From contig CAYPMY010000001.1 of the NCBI GenBank assembly GCA_964412085.1, positions 1 through 53,190 of the forward strand: a stretch of 53,190 nucleotides of DNA, given 5' to 3'. The position numbers and the translations under genes were made by a program. Under the pieces are notes generated by a model. It made no database searches. It was not told where the DNA came from and saw only the letters and a list, made by a program, of their open reading frames with translations. The DNA comes from an uncultured Paraprevotella sp. (lineage in GTDB: Bacteria > Bacteroidota > Bacteroidia > Bacteroidales > Bacteroidaceae). Of this stretch, positions 10,419 through 19,167 are shown in pieces (within the stretch, counting starts at the first letter, position 1; each line of letters starts with the position of its first letter).

Positions 10419-11981
10419 ATGAAACATTTATTGAATAACATATCGGTGGCTTGCGTCTTTTCATGTTTCCTCTCTTCGTGCAACGACTGGCTGACACTTT
10501 ATCCGGAAGACGAAATCATAGAAGATGACTTTTGGAATAGTGCGGAAGACGTGGAGATGACGGTGGCCGGGGCCTATCGTTACATGTTGGAGTCGGACGT
10601 ATTGCAACGTTTCGTGTATTTGGGTGAAATGCGTTCGGACAATATCCAGTCGTCCAGTCCCTCTACGGAAGAACGCGCAATATTGGATGAGGGGAACATA
10701 CTGTCGAGCAATTCGCTTTGTAGCTGGAAATCCTTTTATAAAGTGATAAATATTTGCAACTATGTGATTCAAAAGGCATCGGACGTGCGCAACAAGGACA
10801 ATAATTATCTGGAATCGGATCTCCAGCACGATTTGAGCGAAGCCTATTTCATCCGTTCCTTATGTTATTTCTATTTAGTCCGCGGATACGGGGATGTGGT
10901 GCCTTATGTCACGGAACCGAGTTCGAGCGACGCGACAGACTATAACGTGGGGGCGATTCCGGAAGGCGAGATGCTGGAACATTTAATGGCGGACGTGGAG
11001 TTGGCGAAGTCTTACGCCACGCCTTCTTGGGGATACCGGGCGATGAATTGCGGGCATGTGACGAGAAACGCCTGCCGCGCACTATTGGCCGACATCTACT
11101 TATGGGCGGGGCGGTATGCGGATTGCGTTTCGGAGTGCGATGAAGTGCTGGCCAATCCGATCACCTTGTCCGGGGAAGAGTATACGGGGTGGATGTTATT
11201 GCCGAGGAACACATTCTTCGCATCCGTGTTTTATTCGGGCAATTCGGACGAGAGCATTTTTGAATTCAACTTGAACAGTGACAATCCCAACAACAGGAAC
11301 GCTTTTACCGCGTTGTACGGGAATGCCGAAACCAACCCTCATTTCAAGCCTTCGAACAGTATTGTTGGTTTATATGACGTGGCGGATGCCAGGGGCATGC
11401 AATATATCGATCTGGGACAATCCCGTATATTCAAGTATGTGGGTCAATCTGCGCCGTTGGCAGATACGCAGACCGAGGCTTCAACGTCTTCTTACACTTA
11501 TAGGGCCTCAAGTTCGGTGAACAATTGGATCGTATACCGGTTGTCAGACATCTATCTGATGAAGGCGGAGGCCTTGGCGGTGTCCGGAACGACGGCTTCC
11601 GATTTCGACCAAGTCGCCTCTTTGTGTAACATGACTTATGTACGGGCTCATCCCGAGGGAGTGGATTCCTTGAGCCATTCTGCCGCTTACGACAACACTT
11701 CGGCAGAGAACATGGTCATGGAAGAACGCCGGAGAGAGTTCGCTTTCGAAGGGAAGCGTTGGTTTGACTTGCTTCGTCAGGTTCGTCGTGCGGGCGGCCC
11801 CACGGACAATATCGTCAATGCGCTGGTGAATGACAAATGGAGCGGGACCCCGCCGGACGGCATAGCCGGCAAACTGTCCAGCATGGGATATTGGTATTGG
11901 CCCATCCATGAAGATCAAATGGACGTGAATGACAAGCTGAAACAGAATGATTATTACCAGCGTCAAGAAAGTTTAGATTAA
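10419..11981 (+). CDS. susD: RagB/SusD family lipoprotein
   Basis: Lipobox LSSC-NDWL. Motifs EAYFIRSLCYFYLVR, YRLSDIYLMKAEA and EERRREFAFEGKRWFDLLR. Directly follows susC. Confidence 0.95.
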   Translation: MKHLLNNISVACVFSCFLSSCNDWLTLYPEDEIIEDDFWNSAEDVEMTVAGAYRYMLESDVLQRFVYLGEMRSDNIQSSSPSTEERAILDEGNILSSNSLCSWKSFYKVINICNYVIQKASDVRNKDNNYLESDLQHDLSEAYFIRSLCYFYLVRGYGDVVPYVTEPSSSDATDYNVGAIPEGEMLEHLMADVELAKSYATPSWGYRAMNCGHVTRNACRALLADIYLWAGRYADCVSECDEVLANPITLSGEEYTGWMLLPRNTFFASVFYSGNSDESIFEFNLNSDNPNNRNAFTALYGNAETNPHFKPSNSIVGLYDVADARGMQYIDLGQSRIFKYVGQSAPLADTQTEASTSSYTYRASSSVNNWIVYRLSDIYLMKAEALAVSGTTASDFDQVASLCNMTYVRAHPEGVDSLSHSAAYDNTSAENMVMEERRREFAFEGKRWFDLLRQVRRAGGPTDNIVNALVNDKWSGTPPDGIAGKLSSMGYWYWPIHEDQMDVNDKLKQNDYYQRQESLD

Positions 11982-12006
11982 AAAAAACAGATAAAACAAA
12001 ACGGTT

Positions 12007-13710
12007 ATGACTACAAGAATAATACAGAACTTGGCCTTGGTCGTCGGGTGTGCAGCCGGATTGCCGGGATGCCAGGAACATGCTTGGGACGACCATTATA
12101 CCGTGGGCGGGCAGGGAACCCGGACCTTGATGCAGATTATCGACGAGAGGCCGGAGTTGAGCCGCTTTGCACAGATGGTGAGGGACAATGGCATGGACGG
12201 TTTGCTTTCGTCGTCGCAGACTTTTACCGTTTTTGCACCAGACAACGATGCGATGGAAAGTTTCAACTTGACGAAAGACACGCTGGAACAGTTCCTTTAT
12301 AATCATATTTGCCGTTATACCTACACCCAAGGGGATGTCTCGGACGTGGAAGACGCTTCCCTGCGCGTAAAGATGCTGAACGGGAAATATCAAAACCTTA
12401 CGGGCGCGAATGGCGGCCTGGTCTTTGGCGACAACGCCATGGTAAAAGACGTGACGGGGGGATCCAACGGGGTCGTGAACACGGTGGATCGCATCGTCCC
12501 CTTTTACCGCAACCTTTATGAAGAGTTGAAAGCGGGCAACCGGACGGATTCCATCGGCAATTATTTGCATAAGTTGGATGAATATACATTTCTTCCGGAG
12601 CAAAGCACGGTCTTGGGAGTGGATGAAAATGGACGAACCTTGTATGATTCCATTTTTAATTTCCAAAACGACTGGATGAGCCATTACGGGGATATTTATA
12701 AGGAAGACAGCGTGTACACGGTGTTGGTTCCATCCGATGAGGCTTGGAAGAGGCATTATGCAAAAGTACGTCCTTACTACCGGACTTTCGGGGATGGCGA
12801 TATTAACATTTCGGGAATACGCGTGACGGGGGAATTCGAATTGGACACGCCGTTAGCCGATTCTCTTTGCGAGACGCATACACGTCAGGCCATGTTACAG
12901 GATATCGTTTTCCGTAAGAGTCTGGATGTGAACCATCCGGATGGGGATTCCATCGTGTCTACTTCTGGAAACGTCTTTCACTCTCCGCAATACCTTTTTG
13001 ACGGTGCGGAGCGCCGTGAGGCGAGCAACGGGCAGATGTACGTGGCGGACGAACTGAAATTTGATCCGAGGGACAGTTGGCACAATGAGATCAGGGTGGA
13101 AGCGGAGAATGTTTCCAATTATGCCGTGCAGTATTGCGGTGCCGTGGCTTCCCGTTCGGTGGAGAGTTATCCTCAGTTTGCCGGGCAAGTTTCAGAAAAC
13201 CGTTTCTTGTATGTCACGCCTCCGTCGTTGTCTTTCCAGAAGAACACGGTGCGATTCCAGTTACCCAACACGTTGGCGGGCAAATACAATATTTATTTGG
13301 TCACGTTGCCTGCGTCCGCAGTGGACACGGCCAGTGTGAACGACCCGGGCAAGATGCGTTCCACAAAATTGAATTTCTATCTGACGTATGTACACGAAGA
13401 CGGGACGCTGAAAGAAGACGCGGCGATTTCCACGCCTTCGGACTATAAGGGGACGCAGATGCCGGAACCTATCGACGAGGCAAGCCCGGCTTTTGTCACA
13501 GATGCCCAACATATGGACAAAATGTTGGTGGCCAAGGACTTCAAGTTCCCATACGCCAATTATACGGCATCTCCTTTCGCATCAGTGCAGGCCGAGCAGC
13601 CGACTACGGCTTATCTAAGGGTGGAGTGTGCCGTAACGAGTGCTGCGGATTTGGCCGTGTATGAAAAGTATATGCGCATTGACTGTATCATATTGGAACC
13701 TGTAAATTAA
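12007..13710 (+). CDS. Fasciclin (FAS1) domain lipoprotein
   Basis: Lipobox LPGC-QEHAWDDHY. FAS1 motifs FTVFAPDNDA, SNGVVNTVD, YTVLVPSDEAW and ASNGQMYV. C-terminus MRIDCIILEP. Confidence 0.85.
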   Translation: MTTRIIQNLALVVGCAAGLPGCQEHAWDDHYTVGGQGTRTLMQIIDERPELSRFAQMVRDNGMDGLLSSSQTFTVFAPDNDAMESFNLTKDTLEQFLYNHICRYTYTQGDVSDVEDASLRVKMLNGKYQNLTGANGGLVFGDNAMVKDVTGGSNGVVNTVDRIVPFYRNLYEELKAGNRTDSIGNYLHKLDEYTFLPEQSTVLGVDENGRTLYDSIFNFQNDWMSHYGDIYKEDSVYTVLVPSDEAWKRHYAKVRPYYRTFGDGDINISGIRVTGEFELDTPLADSLCETHTRQAMLQDIVFRKSLDVNHPDGDSIVSTSGNVFHSPQYLFDGAERREASNGQMYVADELKFDPRDSWHNEIRVEAENVSNYAVQYCGAVASRSVESYPQFAGQVSENRFLYVTPPSLSFQKNTVRFQLPNTLAGKYNIYLVTLPASAVDTASVNDPGKMRSTKLNFYLTYVHEDGTLKEDAAISTPSDYKGTQMPEPIDEASPAFVTDAQHMDKMLVAKDFKFPYANYTASPFASVQAEQPTTAYLRVECAVTSAADLAVYEKYMRIDCIILEPVN

Positions 13711-13717
13711 CACGGTT

Positions 13718-16700
13718 ATGAAGAACAAGTTTAAACATATGTGGATGGCTGCCGTATGGGTCTCTGTCTGCCCGGCAGCATGGGCTGCAATACCGTCGGA
13801 CAGCGTGGAAGCAGTATCGGTTGACAGCATCAAAATGAAATATTACGTGAAAGGACGTGTGACGGATGCGGTGTCAGGAGAACCGTTATTAGGTGTCTCC
13901 GTGGGTTCAATGCCGGGTATATCCGCGTTGACTGACGAGAACGGGTATTATCGTGTTCCCGTGGCTTCCTATGACGGGCAGTTGACATTTTCATCGCCCG
14001 GTTATGTGTCGCGGTCTGTTTCCCTTCGTGGCCAGAAAAGCAAGGACATGGTGATGTTTGCCGAGGCTTTCCGAAGCGAAAAGTCGGGGGATGACGTGTG
14101 GGGACGTAGTGCGTCCTTTTCGTTGGACGAGGAAATAGGAATGCGTTTCGGTGGGGACGTGCGTGCCGTTTCCCGGGGAGATTTGCCGGGGCTTGGAGCC
14201 AACATGTTCATCCGGGGCTATCATTCCGTGAATTTGAATTCCGAGCCTTTGGTGGTGATAGACGGTGTCATCCAAAACACGGAGAACGTGGAGTCCGTGT
14301 TTTCCGGATTCCATATCAATGCCTTGTCCAATATCGACATAAACGACGTGGAGAAGGTGGAAATCCTCAAGAATGCCACTTCCATTTATGGTTCAAAGGG
14401 GGCGAATGGGGCGATTCTCATCACGACCAAGCGGGGCAGGAGCATAGCCACGAAAATTGAATTGAACATGAACTGGGCTTTCGACTTCCGTCCCAAAATG
14501 CCCGAAATGATGGATGGAGGGCAATATCGTTCATATGCCAGCGAGCTGATCAAAGGGAGCATGGGAAACGACGCGGCAGACCGTTTCGACGGTTTCCTGA
14601 ATGACGACCCAGACCTTTCTTCCAACATCACTTATAACCAATACCACAACAACCATGATTGGATAGGCGACGTGTGCCAGACAGGCATCCGCCAGTATTA
14701 CGGGCTGAACGTGGAAGGAGGGGACGACGTGGCCAAATATGCCTTGTCGATAGCATACGCCATGGGGCGGGGGCAAGTGAGGACAACCGACCATGACCGG
14801 CTCACGGCCCGTTTCAATGCGGACATCGCATTGGCAAAGAGGCTCACTTTAGGCGCAGGGTTCGACTTTTCGCATTTGACACGCAACGTACTCGATGATG
14901 GAGTGAACGATTACACATCTCCCGTGCATTTGGCCTTGATTAAATCCCCGTTGGTCTTACCCTACCGGTTCACGAGCGACGGACGGGATTACACATCGAA
15001 CTTGTCGGATGTGGACGTATTCGGCGTGTCCAATCCTCAATCCTTGTTGGATAATGCCAAAGGGAAATTCACCCAGTACCGTTTCGGAGTGAATGTCAGG
15101 CCACAGTGGAACATCAATGACATGTTCGACCTCAGTTCCCGTTTCGCTTACAGCATGAATGCGGTAAAAGAACATTATTACAGTCCGATTGAAGGGATTG
15201 CACCCCAAGTGCAAGAGGACGGGGCTGTGTACGAGAATACGGTGAAGGATCAAAGTATCAACCAAGACCAACTCTTTAGTGACACTCGTTTCCATTTCAA
15301 TCATACGTTCGGGGGACATCACGAGCTGGATGCTTCATTGGGGTTACGTATCCAAACCAATACCTATAAGAGCAATTATGGCGAGGGTCACAATACGGGA
15401 AGTGACAAGATTGTCAACCTCAACACGAATCTGGAAGGCAAAGTGATAGACGGGCGGAAGACCACTTTGCGGAATTCCGCCATGTACCTGTCGGCCTCGT
15501 ATTCATACGACCAACGTTACGGCGTATGGGGTACTCTTACGGAAGAGGCATGCAACTCTTTCGGAAGGGATGCCTCAGACGGGTTCCGTCTTTTGGGCGG
15601 GACATGGGCCACATTCCCTTCCGCAGGCGTGAATTGGTTAGTGTCCGGCGAACGGTTCATGCAGAGTGTCGGATGGATAGACCGGTTAAACATCCGGGCA
15701 GAGATCGGTTGGAGCGGAAACGACGGACTTGATGTCCTTAACCGCTATGCTTATTTGAATCCCGTGAATTATTTCGGCAATGCGAACGGTTTGCAGATTG
15801 CCAATTTGGGGAACGAACGTTTAAAATGGGAGACCGTACGTAAAATCAGTGTGGGAACCGACTTGTCTTTTTTGAATGATCGTTTGGGAGTAGTCGTAGA
15901 CTATTTCAAGCATCGTGTGTCGGATATGTTGATGTACCATGCTGCAGACATCCTGACAGGATTGGACAGCTATCCGGAAAACGGCGGAGAAATGGAAAAT
16001 GAAGGGGTAGAACTGAACCTGAGTGCCAAGATAGCCAATCGTTCCCGTTTCAAATGGAATGCCGAACTGGGCTTTACACATTATAAGAACAAGGTGGTTT
16101 CCGTACCGGGCAAGTTCGTCGAGAACCCCGTGGGCAAGGGAAACGTGCTCGTGGCAGAGGGACAGCCTTTGGGGGTGTTCTATGGTTACAGAACGGTTGG
16201 CGAGAACGGGAGTACCGTTTTCCAAACAGAAGGTCAGGCCATGGCTTCGGGGTTGCAGACGTGGAACGACACGAAAAGCAGGAGGCTTGATTTCCATGCA
16301 GGTGACGTGCATTTTGCAGATTTGGACGCTAACGGCTTGATAGACGAGAAAGACCGTACGGTCATCGGGGATCCCAACCCGGTGTTGACAGGGTCTTTTA
16401 TGAACCGTATGTCCATGGGGCGGTTCATGTTGGAGTTCTTTTTCACTTACTCATTGGGTAACGACATTTATAATTATCGCCGGCATTTGCTGGAGCAAGG
16501 AGGGACTTTGAACAACCAGACGCTGGCTATGGCAGGGCGTTGGCGTTATGAGGGACAGGTGACCGACATGCCCCGCGCTGTTTATGGGGATCCGACGGGC
16601 AATGCGCGTTTCAGCGACCGCTTTGTCGAAGATGGAAGCTATCTTCGCCTTAAAGACGTAAAGCTGTCATACGAACTGCCCATAAGCACGAAGTTCATCC

Positions 16701-16867
16701 ATGGGGCGACCGCATGGGTTTCCGCATCCAACCTTTACACTTGGACGAAATACCTCGGGGCAGATCCTGAAGTGTCTTACGGCACGTCGCCCCTCATGCA
16801 GGGAGTGGATTACGGGATTATGTCGGGCGGACGTTCTTTCCAGTTCGGAATCAAGTTGAATTTATAA
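13718..16867 (+). CDS. susC: Second SusC/RagA family TonB-dependent transporter
   Basis: Plug motif VEKVEILKNATSIYGSKGANGAILITTKRG, LKWETVRK, SDRFVEDGSYLRLK and C-terminal FQFGIKLNL. Confidence 0.93.
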   Translation: MKNKFKHMWMAAVWVSVCPAAWAAIPSDSVEAVSVDSIKMKYYVKGRVTDAVSGEPLLGVSVGSMPGISALTDENGYYRVPVASYDGQLTFSSPGYVSRSVSLRGQKSKDMVMFAEAFRSEKSGDDVWGRSASFSLDEEIGMRFGGDVRAVSRGDLPGLGANMFIRGYHSVNLNSEPLVVIDGVIQNTENVESVFSGFHINALSNIDINDVEKVEILKNATSIYGSKGANGAILITTKRGRSIATKIELNMNWAFDFRPKMPEMMDGGQYRSYASELIKGSMGNDAADRFDGFLNDDPDLSSNITYNQYHNNHDWIGDVCQTGIRQYYGLNVEGGDDVAKYALSIAYAMGRGQVRTTDHDRLTARFNADIALAKRLTLGAGFDFSHLTRNVLDDGVNDYTSPVHLALIKSPLVLPYRFTSDGRDYTSNLSDVDVFGVSNPQSLLDNAKGKFTQYRFGVNVRPQWNINDMFDLSSRFAYSMNAVKEHYYSPIEGIAPQVQEDGAVYENTVKDQSINQDQLFSDTRFHFNHTFGGHHELDASLGLRIQTNTYKSNYGEGHNTGSDKIVNLNTNLEGKVIDGRKTTLRNSAMYLSASYSYDQRYGVWGTLTEEACNSFGRDASDGFRLLGGTWATFPSAGVNWLVSGERFMQSVGWIDRLNIRAEIGWSGNDGLDVLNRYAYLNPVNYFGNANGLQIANLGNERLKWETVRKISVGTDLSFLNDRLGVVVDYFKHRVSDMLMYHAADILTGLDSYPENGGEMENEGVELNLSAKIANRSRFKWNAELGFTHYKNKVVSVPGKFVENPVGKGNVLVAEGQPLGVFYGYRTVGENGSTVFQTEGQAMASGLQTWNDTKSRRLDFHAGDVHFADLDANGLIDEKDRTVIGDPNPVLTGSFMNRMSMGRFMLEFFFTYSLGNDIYNYRRHLLEQGGTLNNQTLAMAGRWRYEGQVTDMPRAVYGDPTGNARFSDRFVEDGSYLRLKDVKLSYELPISTKFIHGATAWVSASNLYTWTKYLGADPEVSYGTSPLMQGVDYGIMSGGRSFQFGIKLNL

Positions 16868-16878
16868 AACCTACTGTC

Positions 16879-18609
16879 ATGTGGAATATCAAGAGAGCAA
16901 AAAGAATATTAGGCGTATGCGCCGTGTCCGTCCTTGCCGGAGGGTGTTCGGACTTTTTTGAGAACGATTTGGCCGGTGTGGTAAATCCCGATGGGCGAGG
17001 CATTCCTACCGAACGGGACGCGTTTTACCAGATATGCGGAATCTTACAGCTGATGCAGCAAGTGGGCGACGGACGTTTTATCTCAAATGAGTTGAGGGGC
17101 GACTTGTTGACACAAACGCGCAATTCTTCCCAGGATTTGCGGGACATAGAGTTTTTCGAGGCAGACACTGCAAACCAATATCTTAACGAGCGTAAATTCT
17201 ATGCGTTGGTGAACAATTGCAATTACTATATCGACCGTATCGACCGCAATGTGTTCGGCACGAAAAGCGACACGTTAGTGGCACCGGTGAAGTGTATTCG
17301 GGCCTGGGCTTACCTGCAGCTGGCCTTGGATTACGGGCACGTGCGCTATTTCACGCGTCCCATTCTCCATGTGGGCGAGGATGCGGGAGTTGTTACGGAT
17401 TTCGCCGTATCGGAACAGTCTTTGGGCGAGACCGGGGTCGGTCTGCCTGCGGAAGCTCTTATCGACACGCTTATCCGTGACTTGCAACCTTATTGTCCTG
17501 CGGACGGCAGGACTGAGGCGTTTCCTTTCACGGACGGAGAGTATGCCACGGTGAATTCCTATCCGATAAACCAGCTTTTTATTCCGGTCCGTTTTTTGTT
17601 GGGCGAGCTTTATATGTGGCGCGGGGATTTTTCCCGTGCGGCGAACATGTACTATCAACTCATGTTGGATCGCGAACTCTCCGTCGGCGGGAATCATAGG
17701 AATACATGGGCTAACAGTACTTGTGAAAGATTAGGTTCGACATCTTGGAGAACACAGTTTTCTTCTTTTTCCACATCCAATATCGTGTCTGCCATAGCTT
17801 ATTCCGGAGAGTATGAGAAGGGGATGACGCGTCTGCCGGACTTGTTGGGCGCGGATTACCAGTTGGGTGCATCGGCTGTGTGTCGTGAACTTTTTGAGAG
17901 CCAGCAGTACACAATCGGTCTGAATCCAGTGTTGGTCGCCGGGGATTTGCGAGGCAACGGGGTAATCAGGGACGTTGGAACATACGTCATGGAGTATCCG
18001 TCCGATGATCCTGTGGCAGAAGAACGAACCGATGCCTATGTCACGAAAGTAAGGGACATGAGCTATTCGGGTTCCTATTACGCTGCGTTGTGTCGTGCCC
18101 CGTTGGTCTATTTGCGTTATGCCGAGGCTGTCAACCGTTTGGGTAAGCACCAGTTAGCCATGGCGGTACTGAAGTACGGGTTGACAGCAGATATTTTATC
18201 CAACGGGAATTACGTTTCCCGTAAAGAACTTACGGGAGAGAGTTGGCTCGACTTCGGTCAGGTGACACCTTTGTATGCCTCCATATTCGAAGACAATGAA
18301 GGGTTGCACGGGCGAGGATGTGGGGACGCGGACATGAATGCTTCATATATCATCGATGTCTCAAGTACTGATTCATTGACAGACGTGGAAAACAAGATTA
18401 TGGATGAATATGTGTTGGAGTGTGCTTTCGAGGGGAACCGTTTCCATGATTTGATGCGCATTGCCCAGTACCGCTCGGATCCCACTTATCTGGCGGGGAA
18501 GGTAGCGGGGAAATTGGCCGGTCTTTCCAATTCCACGCGTTCGCGTGAACAGTGGGTCGAATATTTGTCCGACCGAAGTCATTGGTTCTTACCTTCATGC
18601 GTCCGTTAG
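16879..18609 (+). CDS. susD: Second RagB/SusD family lipoprotein
   Basis: Lipobox AGGC-SDFF. Motifs IRAWAYLQL, YLRYAEAVNR and DEYVLECAFEGNRFHDLMR. Confidence 0.9.
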   Translation: MWNIKRAKRILGVCAVSVLAGGCSDFFENDLAGVVNPDGRGIPTERDAFYQICGILQLMQQVGDGRFISNELRGDLLTQTRNSSQDLRDIEFFEADTANQYLNERKFYALVNNCNYYIDRIDRNVFGTKSDTLVAPVKCIRAWAYLQLALDYGHVRYFTRPILHVGEDAGVVTDFAVSEQSLGETGVGLPAEALIDTLIRDLQPYCPADGRTEAFPFTDGEYATVNSYPINQLFIPVRFLLGELYMWRGDFSRAANMYYQLMLDRELSVGGNHRNTWANSTCERLGSTSWRTQFSSFSTSNIVSAIAYSGEYEKGMTRLPDLLGADYQLGASAVCRELFESQQYTIGLNPVLVAGDLRGNGVIRDVGTYVMEYPSDDPVAEERTDAYVTKVRDMSYSGSYYAALCRAPLVYLRYAEAVNRLGKHQLAMAVLKYGLTADILSNGNYVSRKELTGESWLDFGQVTPLYASIFEDNEGLHGRGCGDADMNASYIIDVSSTDSLTDVENKIMDEYVLECAFEGNRFHDLMRIAQYRSDPTYLAGKVAGKLAGLSNSTRSREQWVEYLSDRSHWFLPSCVR

Positions 18610-19126
18610 GTGTGCCGTGGAAGCTTGTGTTCTCTCTGGAGACCGGAAGAGCCGAATCGTGCCTGTCCGCCTTTGCCGTCCACGGGCCATGCCAAGATGG
18701 CGCGGGACAGGTCTTGTCGAGGAGGTGGGAGAACGGGAAAGAGTGCAGGCTTGAAATGTGTCCTTTGTCAGGAACCCGACCAGAACCGCAGAGCATGGCA
18801 TGATTGTGGGAGTCGTGCGGAACGGGCTTGCCTTGTCCCGTTTCATCCACTGTTTCATTTAAATATCCATGAAGTGGTATTTGCTTGTATTTGAGAAATG
18901 GCAGAATTTGACATGGAATCGGCGGTAACAAGGCATGTCCGTCGGCTCATAGCCGCTTCCGGGGTTAGGCTCATACCCAAAGGATACAGCATTAGCGCGG
19001 ACAAAGGGTCAAAGACTGAGAAAGAATGGTTGGACGTTTGGATGCTTGTATCGGGAAAACGGGAAACGAATTGTACGAAGAGATATAAAGCGATTTTTCA
19101 GCAAAAATGCATATGATATTAATTCA

Positions 19127-19134
19127 TAGATTTG
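19127..19134 (+). promoter_or_regulatory. Bacteroidetes sigma-A -7 element (TAnnTTTG)
   Basis: TAGATTTG lies about 33 bp upstream of the ATG at 19168, in an AT-rich patch. Confidence 0.55.
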
Positions 19135-19167
19135 TATTGTGTCATGGTTTGTAAGGAGAGGAAAAAG

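Noticed and set aside
11980-11988. A-run after susD1 as a phase-variable tract
   Set aside because: It overlaps the stop codon and the A-rich leader typical of Bacteroidetes translation initiation regions.
18610-19126. Small ORFs or a riboswitch in the ~520-bp gap after susD2
   Set aside because: No recognisable riboswitch consensus, and the ORFs lack coding-like composition.
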